The position numbers and the translations under genes were made by a program. A stretch of 62,925 bases of DNA, filler included, from Reticulomyxa filosa (taxonomy: Eukaryota; Protista; Foraminifera), in assembly GCA_000512085.1 (NCBI GenBank). It is 20 parts of 20 records of this genome, joined end to end, with 100 filler letters (N's around TTAATTAATTAA, not from the genome) between each part and the next. Parts side by side here need not be neighbours in the genome. Positions count along the whole stretch, not along the records: positions 36,514 to 38,404 come from ASPP01007930.1; positions 38,505 to 47,879 come from ASPP01004828.1; positions 47,980 to 49,250 come from ASPP01026583.1; 17 more parts are not named here. One strand, 5' to 3'. The notes under the pieces were generated by a model, which did no database searches, was not told the origin of the DNA, and saw only the letters and a list, made by a program, of their open reading frames with translations. Positions 38,362-49,350 of the stretch are shown here, piece by piece (the stretch's first letter is position 1; every line of letters begins with the position of its first letter).

Positions 38362-38732
38362 CCAGGCAACGTTTTTCTGGCTGTCCCTGTAGTTAAATGG
38401 ATATNNNNNNNNNNNNNNNNNNNNNNNNNNNNNNNNNNNNNNNNNNNNTTAATTAATTAANNNNNNNNNNNNNNNNNNNNNNNNNNNNNNNNNNNNNNNN
38501 NNNNTAGTTAACAAGGAGAAGCACATTACACGCTAGTTTTTTTTTTTTTTTTTTTTTTTGCATGAAGAGTGAGGACATAAAACGTATACGTTTTATTTTT
38601 GTTTTTATTTGAGTAAGATATTTATGCAAATTGTATATAAATATGTGTAGGTATATTGAGATATACCTACACATAAACGAACATATATATATATATATAT
38701 ATATATGTATATGTATTTTGTTGTTGTTAAAG

Positions 38733-40199
38733 ACTTAGGACAAGTAGTAGCATGCTGTACAACAGTAATTGCGATTGATGTAATAATAATCCTTCGACTG
38801 ATGTTTACAATATTGTCATTTGTCGATTTGTGGTATATCCAAAGAGAAATAAAAGTACATTTGTTAATAACAACGGTGACGTGGCTGGTGTGTGTCCCTG
38901 CAGTCTGTCTCGCACAGACGTATGGGTCGGGTCACAAGGGTACGATTCAAGGCCAGCCGGATTCGGATATATTGTGGAATAACTACAATGTTGTAACAGT
39001 AATCATTCAATTGTCATTAATTGCGATGATGTTCACAAGTGGTGTTTTGGTCATTCGTTGGAATGAGTCGCGTTTTTATGTGATTAGACAAAGACTTCTC
39101 ACCATCTCACAACTTCCGAATTCCTCCGCATCGGCCATTTCCATGTCCACTCCTATGAGTCCCGACGTTGTAGACGCTCCTTTTCCTGAAAGACTGACAT
39201 CTTCCGAAATATTGGTCAATGGCTCATCTAGCATTAACAATCCAAATGACCCTACCATCTCCGAAGACAAGGCTAATGCTCTTCTCGCACATGCTAGCAC
39301 CGAAGCCAAAAAAACACCTGCTACTATTGATGTAAATAAAGCGCCCTTGCTCAATTTATTAGAAAATGCAAAAGGCTATGAAGCTTTCATGATCCATTTA
39401 ACCCGAGAATTTAGTATTGGTTTGTATATATGTGTGCGTGTGTAATGTATACAAATATATATACATACATATACATATTATGTACTTTTTTTTAAATGTA
39501 TGTATACGTGCATGTATGTGCATATCCTTTTTATAACCACTTGTAACTTGCGTGTTTTATACTTTAGAAAATCTGCTGCTGTTAACTGAACTAGCACAAC
39601 TTCAAGAAATTTTAATCGAGTTTGAATATTTGGAGAAACATGAGCCCGAATTTCACTTGACAAACATTCGGATCCCGAAAAATATCGATATTCCACTCTC
39701 GCCATCATTGGTCAGATTGCGCACTGTTCTGTCGTCTGAAAATTGCAGTAGTTCAAATCCAAATCGCTATAATTTGTTGTTTCCCGCTTGGGTATACATT
39801 TATAAGAAATATATTGATGGAAAAAATGCTCCTTATATGGTGAACCTTTCTTCAGTAGTGAGGGTAGAAGTAACCCGTTTTTATAATTGCATTGACAAGT
39901 GGATGTCACAGTCCGCACCAAATCGACGCACTATTTTTAAAAGGTTCCACGGATTATCTGAAGCGGTGATTATCATCAACAGAGAAAAAAACGAAGAGAA
40001 AAAGGAACCACAATTGCCTCGTCCACAAGATAACAAAAATGATGCACGGCCGTGGTTCGAGAGTGAAGGAATGAAAAAAGAGAATTTCTTATTGCTTGTC
40101 AAGGCTGTTCGAAATGCCGCAAAAGAAATTTTTGATTTGATGAAAGACTCTCATACAAGATTTCAATTTCAAAGAGCTGTTGTCGTCACCAAAACTTGA
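38733..40199 (+). CDS. Transmembrane RGS protein (last TM helices plus RGS domain), 5'-truncated; intron ~39420-39567
   Basis: TM helices with 'DLWYIQREIK', then RGS motifs 'LLENAKGYEAFMIHLTREFSI|ENLL', 'IYKKYI...APYMVNLS..VR' and 'AAKEIFDLMKDSHTRF'. Confidence 0.85.
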
Positions 40200-40566
40200 C
40201 ACTTTCTATTTTCAAAATTCCTCAAATCATTGTGTGTACTTTTTTTCTTAGTCACATATTTGCTTGTGTCTGTCAAAATTTCTCATTGTGATAACGTGGA
40301 CAAGATTCTTGGCATTGCCAATAACATTTTTTTTGGTTTGTTGTTTATTGTGATTCGGGACTAATATTATGAAGCTAATAAAGTGATTTTTTTTTTGTTG
40401 CTCGCAGGATAGAAATGCTTGCAGTAACTAATAGTGAGGAATTCACCAAAAAACAAAAAAGCTGATCATTGATGTTGTTCGAAAGGTATCAGCAAAAAAA
40501 AAATAATAATAAACATCAAATTCAAAAAATAACCGAGCAACACAAACATGACCAGCAAGTCTTTTT

Positions 40567-42167
40567 TTAAGAAAAACATGCAATTCTAGATTCGTAAATA
40601 TTGTGCATATTAAAAAGTCTGATAATTTCCTTTGGTACTCTTTTTGTCAACAATCGGCCAGTTTGTGACGAGACATATTGTGACACAGTTGAGGGTCCCA
40701 TCGTGTGCCGTGTAGAAGCAATTTTTTTGTAGTTAAATAGTCGTTTGAGTTGCTGAATAATACATCCTCGAGCTACTGCAATTGCAAGCATAACAGCTAA
40801 CACAACCACGAAAGAAATAGCAACAACTGCGCTCTTCTTGGAAGGAGGCCGATGGTGTGGATAAGAAGGCCCATACGTATTGTATAGACCAGCCGAAAGT
40901 TCAATATGTTGTGGAGTACTTCCGTCCTTGGGAATGATCAGTTGTCCGTACAATGAATCGCAGCCAGTCGATTGATTGACTTCCATTACATAGACATGCG
41001 ATCGATCTACGTTTTGACCTTCTAAATCGCTGTCATCAAATGCTTCTGAGCTCAAGGCCAATTTCATTATGGTGCCAAAGTTGTCATTGAATATTTCTAC
41101 TTGATGTGACCAGTCCATATCATACAATCTTCGCAAAAAGGGATGTTCCAAAAGAAAAAAAGCAAATGTTATTATTTTATTAACTTCAAAAAAAAAAAAA
41201 AAAAAAAACAAAACCAAACTCTTGGAAATCTCGGTCGTGTTGAGTTAAATGTCTTCGGAAAAAATCAGCCCAATAAAATTCGAAAAAAGGCTTGTTATCA
41301 ACTTTTTCCCACCGGCACTGGAGGCATTGCAAATAGAAAACACATCCATGCCAGCGACACCACATTTGATATAACCGTGAGCATCACGAATGTACTCAGA
41401 CAAACTACGAAAAGGATCATCAGTCAGCGATTGCATGTTATTTGGTAAGTCATACCAAGACATCGACTCACCATGACGATCTTCTAACCAGGCATAGCCA
41501 TTGTTTACCAAATAAGCCCAAAATTCACTTTGGGATAGCATACGTAAGTCTTCGATCACACAAATTTTCAACCAGCGATAGTTGCTAAAGCGAGTGTCCC
41601 CTGGGAAGGCGTCAATTATTGCTCTTGCCAAATGATGATGATCGGTTAAGTAAATATCCCATTCATGACCCCAACTTGGTGCTATGATTGCTGGCGCTTT
41701 GTTATTTTTTTTTTTTTTTGTGTATGCGTGTGTATTCCATTGGATAACCAATAACCTTCCTTTTTTTAAATACAACGGGGAACATATAATATACCGGGAT
41801 TGTCGAGTAGATAGTTTACTAACCATTGACTTCCGTGGAGAAATTTGCTTTGGATAATTTCTGTTTTACAGTTCAGCAAAGAGTAACCAATTGCGGACTG
41901 CGTTGGCAATAAGTCACGCGCATTTGCGATACACGCGCTTCCCATCGGCACATACCCGTACTGACTAAGCAGTTTTGGAATCACTACATTGCACCATGAC
42001 TCCTTACTTGTGTAATCTAAGTCCACTTGTGCGCATTGCACCAAAGGGGTAACTTGGGTGTTATTTAGATGATTTTTATGGAAAGGGAAAGGTGAAGCGC
42101 CTGAGGAGGCATTGGAAAGCAAACAATGAAATGCAAATACCAGAAAAGTAACCAAAGCGCGCATCAT
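40567..42167 (-). CDS. Signal peptide + ParB-like nuclease (ParBc_2/Srx-like) domain + TM helix; 3 exons, 1-nt frameshift at 41303-41307
   Basis: 'LLPTQSAIG', 'YLTDHHHLARA', 'DLRMLSQSEFW', 'LPNNMQSLTDDPFRSL...GYIK', and after the shift 'PFFEFYWADFFR' and 'LALSSEA'. N-terminal 'MMRALVTFLVFAFHCLLSNASS', TM 'AVVAISFVVVLAVMLAIAV'. Introns 41697-41794 and ~41130-41218. Confidence 0.82.
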
Positions 42168-42795
42168 CACAGACAAGAGTTTTTTCACGTGATTTTCTTG
42201 GACCTTTTTCTGTCCGAACGTTTTTAAAAAATTTTCTAAAATACTCTTGAGTGTATCCTTCATTAATTATTTTATTTTTAAAAATTTATTTAGCTAATTT
42301 TTTGGTGGCAAAATAACAATCATTTTAAATCCTTTCTTAATTGGATTTGTTTTAAAAAAAAAGGATACATTTATATTCTTGTGAAAGCAGTTTTCATAAA
42401 ACATTTTTATGCACTATTAGCTTGTCACAATTTAATGACGCTATTTGTTCTTAGCTGCAGAAAATCCACTAACAAAGCGTATTTACCAAAAACTTAAAAA
42501 AACGCACTAAACACAATGATATGTCTACAAAACCAACAACTATAAACACACTTTAAAATTACTTTTTTGAATGGAACAGTATTCCCTCGCCTTACCCACT
42601 CCAACAATAACCCTTTTTAAACAATTTGCATTTTGTTGTTACAATGAAAATGCTACATGTATTTTCAAGAAACTGTCCGAAGAACAAAAAAAGTGACCTT
42701 TTTACATTTCAAGCTGAATCGTTGTTATTTTATTTGCTTCGACGCTTGAAAGACATTCAACAATCCATTCTGTAAATTCTGTATTGCAGCGATAC

Positions 42796-44444
42796 TCACA
42801 AGCCAAGTTGATTGATGTCACATTTTTGACATGGGATTGGGTAAACAACACAATTGCTGGGACAATTGCGGAGTAAAGGATTGTTACAAAAATAACATTT
42901 GGCATCAAAAAACCATTGACCCTCTACAGTAGTGTCCGTTATTGTATAGACAGACAAATCCGGATTATTTGGGTAATTTCGTGAATCGTGCGACAAGCCA
43001 CGACCGGAAGCTGGAAATACGTTATTGGAAATTCTGTGTTGTACGCTAAAGTAATCCATTTCAAGGTTATTTGAATTGCTATTTTCAGTCCGAATTTTTG
43101 GATTGTTATTAGAAAGATTTATTGGAGACAAAGGACATGACAATGACGAAAGCACAGGACTGTCAAGTGAATCAGAAGGTATATCAGCTGGATCAGATCG
43201 CAATTTTTTGATGCTTTCTCCTTGGCTTGTTTTTTGAGCGGTTGTCGTGTTTGTTCTGGAACGAAATGGAAACTTATGGGAACTCAACACAGGGGCTTCC
43301 GACACGATCGCATATTTTTTGCTTGTTTTGTCACTTGTACAATTTCGATTTTCTTTCTCAACTGCCTCGGAAGCAGAGTTCGAAACGTGACTTTGACGAC
43401 TACGTTTCTTTGGTTCATATGCGTCGGCATAGTCCACGCGAATTGGGCGGCTGTGGATCATGCATCCATCTAGTGCAATAGCGCGCTCTATTGATGCTTC
43501 ATCCTTAAATTCGACGTAGCAAAATCTGTCGGTTCACAGCAACAAAAAAGTATTAAATTTTTTTTTAAACAAAGTGTTCTCAAAATCCATTTCCGTCTTG
43601 TGTCTGATGGGCTCAACACGAGAACAATATTAAAACAAAACGTAAAGTTTACCCTCTGGACAATTGTGAAAATTTTTGACGAACAATTCTGACTGCAGCA
43701 ATCTCTCCACAATCGTGAAACATTTTGCGGATATCTTGTTCCATTGTTTCAAAAGGAACGTTACCAACATAAATAGTCCGACAGTTGCATGGCTTCAGTC
43801 CTTGTGATATTCTTTTTTATTTTTTCCCAATATCAATAATTACTTTTACTTTTGAATAAAATTTGTATTTTTATTTAGAAATTAAAGAGAATATTCAAGG
43901 GGCGAAACTTATTTGATTCTTTTGTTAAACTCTCATATTGCTCTTCTAAAAAATGTATTGCTTTTACTTCTTTAGTATTGCCGTTCGTAGTGTTGCAATT
44001 TTCATTGTTTACTGATCGTTTTGTGCTTATTTTTCCTTTGTTTCTGCGAACTTCTACTTGTCTACTTAAACACAAGAAATAAAAAGTGTTTATGCTCTTC
44101 GATTTTTTCTTAACGCTTATACTGCATAATTTAGTCAGGACAAAAAAAGCTCAAACAGCTAACCTTCCAAGATGTTGGCTACCATCCAATTGGCATGCAC
44201 GTAGTACCTCTTCATTATTGGAAAACTTTATAAAACAAAAGCCTTTCAACTTGCCATTGACAGAATCTCGAGGCAAAGTAATTTTTTCAATCTTTCCGCA
44301 CTGAGAAAAGTATTTGCGAATATCTTCCTCATGGGCCTGATAAGATATATTTCTCACGTAAACTTCCAATACTGACTCTAAGTCAGGGATGTAGCGATTG
44401 TCATCACTCGTGTTGCATTGTTCATTCCACAAATGTCGGTCCAT
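42796..44444 (-). CDS. RNA-binding protein with two RRM domains and a Cys-rich C-terminus, multi-exon
   Basis: RRM1 'VYVRNI...KGFCFIKF'; RRM2 'TIYVGNV...RFCYVEF...RPIRVDYA'; C-terminal 'CYFC...CPSNC...CQKC'. Confidence 0.82.
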
Positions 44445-45191
44445 AAAAACAAAATATTTATTATTTATGCACTTTTCCTTGCACCTTGATTAAATTGTGT
44501 ATTAAATTTTTGACGCAAAAAATTTTGCAATTTGACAGGATCATGAGTTTAAAAATGAAAATGTGAAATGCCTTTATCCTTTGGTTTCAAATCTTAATGT
44601 GATGTTTGCAATCTTATAAAAGAGTAGCTTGTGTTAAAAAAAAAAGAGTTTAAAGACACCATATTACTTCTATTTAAAAGTTAAGGCTCAATTAGGATTT
44701 CAAAAACATTTAAACATTAATTGACGATGCTATGAAAATATAATTTCCCTTCTGTTGTAGCCAATTTATCGGCCAAATGGAATTTCTTGTTTAATAAAAG
44801 TGACACTGTCAACTGTTGAACATGACTCGGATTGTTTCGAGGAAAAAAAAAAAATAAACAAACATTGTCAACTAGCTTTGTAAAAATATTAACACGCTGT
44901 TCACCATTATTACTCAGTTTCAGTTTGTTGATGTGTTTTGTGCAAATTTGGCGTTGTTTCGTGGTTTTTGTTTGCTTTTCTCTCGTTCTATCCTCTTTGC
45001 CGTAAACTAGTACCCACCTAGCAACAGCTACTACCATGTGTTGTAGTTTGCGTTTGACAATAAACACCAAGAAAGCAAAAGGTACACAGTAAGCGTATAA
45101 GAGATGTTTTATCAAATAAATGGTATCCCTGGAGTGCGTGTTGGAACTGTTGTAGAAACGTGTGTTGAACTGAGACTAGGAGTTTGTCTGA

Positions 45192-46210
45192 TTATACAAC
45201 AACAAAAACATTACAATATTTACAACCAACATTTGAAAGGCCACAATAACCAGGATTCTGTTTGGATTCTCTGCAAATTTGTTTAGAATGATGAGAGCAG
45301 CATAGTGATCTCGTGTTGGATCCAATACTATTTGCCATTGCATGGAGGATTAAGCCTTGCGCACATAGATAAAGCACATCAAATTGCACGACAGCAGCAA
45401 TGCATATAATAACATCATCAAATTGACTGTGAGAATCTGTTGCGACATATTTGATTGAAAATTTGGAAGAACTTCGAGTCAGTTTTGTTTGTGAACGCAT
45501 TGGATTGAGAGTTAGCTCCAGTATCGCTAAGATTGGTTCTTGCGCTGGCTTTTTACTTAGGGACAACGTTGCAAGTGCTGGCTTTAAAGTAGGAGTATTA
45601 CTTGTCGTATGAATATGGATGGGGGTTGGAGAATTGCTTGGTTCTATTGTGTAAAAATTGAAAACATCGAGAATGCCCGTCGTTGGTAAATCTGTATATA
45701 ATGTGATTGGCACTGATTGATGAGAAATCGACCAGATTGGTGTCAACAAGTCGCATATTTTGTTCAATGAACAAATTTGCATTGAAATGTCAAAGTGATA
45801 TATGTCTAAAGCACTCACTTTACTTATCATCACAAAAGTGAACAGTTACGACAAACACCTGTCAAGCACAGTCGTAGCAACAAAGAATAAATCATTTTTT
45901 TGCGATCCAAGGCCACTTCATCGTTTGCCACATCTTTGAGCGTAAAGATTCTTGATAAATACTTGGAATTGTTTGTATCAAACAGACAATAGAAATTTTG
46001 CTTATAGCGTCGTCTTTTATGATTGCAATCATTTCCAACTTAGATAAATGACTTTTAGTTTTTTGCGCCAGCTTGAATGTCTCCGCCAGTTTTCATCGTT
46101 AATAGCCAATATAATCAATCATTCTTTGCCTTTCTGATACATTCACATACAACTGGAAATCAAACAAGTCTTCAATTGCTTTTTTCACTGCACTCGAAAT
46201 GTCGTTCACC
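45192..46210 (-). pseudogene. Possible decayed gene for a Pro/Thr-rich surface-type protein
   Basis: 213-aa ORF with P/T/S-rich segment ('EPSNSPTPI...TPTLKP'). Upstream codon-like sequence is broken by stops. Confidence 0.25.
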
Positions 46211-46906
46211 AAACTAAAAACAAAAACAAAGTAAGAGATTTAGATAGTGCTGTTATGAAGAAACAACTCAACATTTTTAAAAGTTAAAAAAAATACATTG
46301 AAATACGAGAAATTTCCATATTACCAAAAAGTAGCATACTTTTTTTTTTTCCAAAAACGAGAAAAAACACATAGTGCTTAAGAGTAAAGCTTAGAAATAA
46401 ATTATAAGCTTACACATTCGAACCAATGTGTGGTTATCTGAATTAGATTGTAAAAAGGTGTTTATATGCGTTCATCAAATGAATAGTATTCGATCGATTA
46501 TCGACAGGTTTGTAAATGTATTGAACTTTATTTAAACAACTTTTTTTCACATTATGACTTTTCAATATGTCTTATATTTATTTTTCAAAATAGAACATAC
46601 AACTCTTGGGTTTAGTCTTTATCCAAAAAGTTTGCTGTGTCTCAATTTGTTTTTTGGAATAAATATTCAAAAGTAACAAGAGACGAGATTTAATTTAAGG
46701 AACAAGCTTATTAAAAGACGCCAATTTAGTTTCAAGGAATTGTATCAGTGAATCCTTAAAAAAGATCTTTTTGAATTATCACAGGATGGCAAAATGATAG
46801 CAAGCAATCAAAACGCTAACACGTTTTAATTCAAGCATATCTTTCACAGTGTGATTCCTCCAAAAAGTCGAAAGAAGAAGGAGAAAAAAGTTATTGCAAT
46901 TGAAAT

Positions 46907-47770
46907 CTACTTGAGCGGTAAATGTTCGATTTTCAACATATCACCATAGCCAGGGGGCAACAATTTGTCTCGGATGGCATGTAAAGGTCGAAGAGCATTT
47001 TGAATGGTAGTTTCGGTAACACTGGAGACCGAACTGATGTCTTTGAAGCTTTTGTTTAGCTTTTCCTCGTCCAAGACAGCCGAGCCCAAATAAACAGCTA
47101 CAGCGGCGATAGTAGTGGGTTGTTTTCCGGACAAAAGTCCAAATTTTTCAATGTTTTTCACAATTTCTTGAATATTTCTGCCGACAGTGTGAAAGGGTAA
47201 TTTTAATTCATTGCAATAGCGCAAAGCATAAATTTCAGCAGTTGACTCCTGCATTATGTATGCACGTATGTGTGTTGTGTATGTATTGTATATGACACGT
47301 CCAACCAATCAGAAAAACAAAACGAAACTCTATTAAACGTTCGCGAAGCCTTTGGCATGACAATGCGACCCGCAGCTTGTTGTTTTTTGATTTCGGTGTG
47401 AACCTTCTTGACATCAGCGGTTGTAGTTTGAAACTCTTGGCACAGCTCCTTCAAAGGTCGGTCACAACGACATTGCTTTGCGGCAATGTACACACAGCAA
47501 GCAACCTTGGGAGTGAATTGCTTCCCTTTGAACTCCTTCAGTTCCGATATTATTTTGAACAGCTCTCCGGCCATGTTCTGTACGTCGATGGGCAAGTGCA
47601 AACCACTGCCACTCGCTGCGTTTGCTCCGCCGCGACATTTCCGTCGAATCAGTGCCAACGCTTGTGCCAACCTCTTTTGCATCATGTTGCCTGCCGTGCT
47701 TTGTTGCAACGCTTGCAAACGAGTGCTGTTGTCACCACCAATGCTTGTTGACCAGTCATTTGTGTCCGCT
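46907..47770 (-). CDS. GTF2B: Transcription initiation factor IIB, two cyclin-fold repeats, 5'-truncated; intron ~47255-47330
   Basis: 'LHLP..VQNMAGELFK...FKGK...ACCVYIAAKQ...RPLKEL' and 'RYCNELKL...SGKQPTTIAAVAVY...KDISSVSSVTETTI'. Confidence 0.9.
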
Positions 47771-47987
47771 ATTTATAATTTTTTTTTTTTTTTTTTTACA
47801 ATTTATTAATTAATTTATATTTTTTGTTTTTTGTTGCTTCGTTCAGCCTTTTTTTTTTTTGCTCCTTTTTCTCCCCCCCNNNNNNNNNNNNNNNNNNNNN
47901 NNNNNNNNNNNNNNNNNNNNNNNTTAATTAATTAANNNNNNNNNNNNNNNNNNNNNNNNNNNNNNNNNNNNNNNNNNNNCAAATAAA

Positions 47988-48075
47988 ATGAGAGAAATTC
48001 TCACAATTGAGGTGGCATACAACTAGGAAATGCCATCTCGGACAATATTGCGCAGAGCACGCAATTGACAACAGT
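47988..48075 (+). pseudogene. Decayed 5' stub of a divergent alpha-tubulin
   Basis: 'MREILTIEV..GIQLGNAI..QYCAEHAID' across frameshifts, matching the tubulin N-terminus (MRE...GIQ.GNA.W..YC.EH.I). Confidence 0.6.
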
Positions 48076-48159
48076 CAAACAATTATGTTCAATTTTACTA
48101 CTTTGTTCTTTGACGACAATGAAATAACATCTGAACAATTTGTCACTGTCATCACGTTC

Positions 48160-48900
48160 TCAAATATTTTGGTAATATCTTGACTAAAACGATTTTTACA
48201 TTTGAATACAGTGCAATTCGAAATAGATGCATTAGATAAAGATAAAAGAGCATCTTCTTGAGGAGACCGTTCAAATTATCATAATCCTTCAAATTCTAAA
48301 ATGACGCCCAAACCACCATTTGTTCAACGATAGCACCAGAAATACTGAATTTGCATCCAAGTAAATGATTTAACATGTAAGAATTGCCAGTGGATTGTTT
48401 CCCATACTAGTTATTACTCGATTTGCCTTGCCACGAGTTGATTAGTGCATCATAGCTTCCAGATCGAACACATTCAACAAAACTGCTGTTTGTGGTGCAA
48501 TGTGTATAACGTGCTTGATAATTTTCGCCATTGTGAAGTAATACAAAGTCGTCGCCAGATACGCTGGCAATTTGCATTGGAAATTGCACAATCACTTGCC
48601 TTATAAAATCGATTTAATTTCTGGAAGAACTATGATTTTCACTAATTTAAAAACATCTTTTAGATGAATTTGCTTGTTTGTTCAATCAATCATAAGGGGG
48701 CTCACATTACCAATCCATTTTTTAGTGTCACGATTTACCTTAGCGCATGCGTGTAAGTCTTTCCTTCGAAACCCATGATGATTTGCTTTCATTTACATCC
48801 ATTCATGATTGAACAAGTCAGTATTCAAAGCAATACAATAAATTGTATTTCTGTTATCCAAAATATAAATTACCTCTTTATTATCAAAACACATACTCAT
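48160..48900 (-). pseudogene. Decayed VLIG/GB1-RHD3-type large GTPase domain
   Basis: Across stops and frameshifts: 'VITSMGKQSTGNSYMLNHLLGCKFSISG' (G1, GKS to GNS) and 'ILEFEGL**FERSPQEDALLSL.NASISNCTVFK' (G3 DxEG region). Confidence 0.7.
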
Positions 48901-49350
48901 GACATAAAAATCATCAGACAATTCGCGTTCACGCAAATTAATAATTTTTTTTTAACTTTGCAAAGTCTGCAATTTGTTCATTCCACTTACATATATGAAT
49001 ACGTTATTGCTTTGAAAACAAAAAAAAATAAGCATTCTTTCTTGTGCTTTTGCTTACACATCACCAATCTGCTTTTTATGTTCATAAATTCAGCAATAAC
49101 TCAAATACCAACGTACAGTCTTGCACTTTAAACATCAACTGCTGCAATTTAAACGCAATAAACTTCTCATTGCAAAATCCGCTAGCACAACTAAGTATAA
49201 CTTCAATTATTAATTTTTATATTTATAAAAAATAAAAAGTATTTTCTAGTNNNNNNNNNNNNNNNNNNNNNNNNNNNNNNNNNNNNNNNNNNNNTTAATT
49301 AATTAANNNNNNNNNNNNNNNNNNNNNNNNNNNNNNNNNNNNNNNNNNNN

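Noticed and set aside
48220-48275. 'DKD...EET' on the plus strand as a continuation of the tubulin stub
   Set aside because: Better explained as the antisense of the GTPase relic ('FERSPQEDALL').
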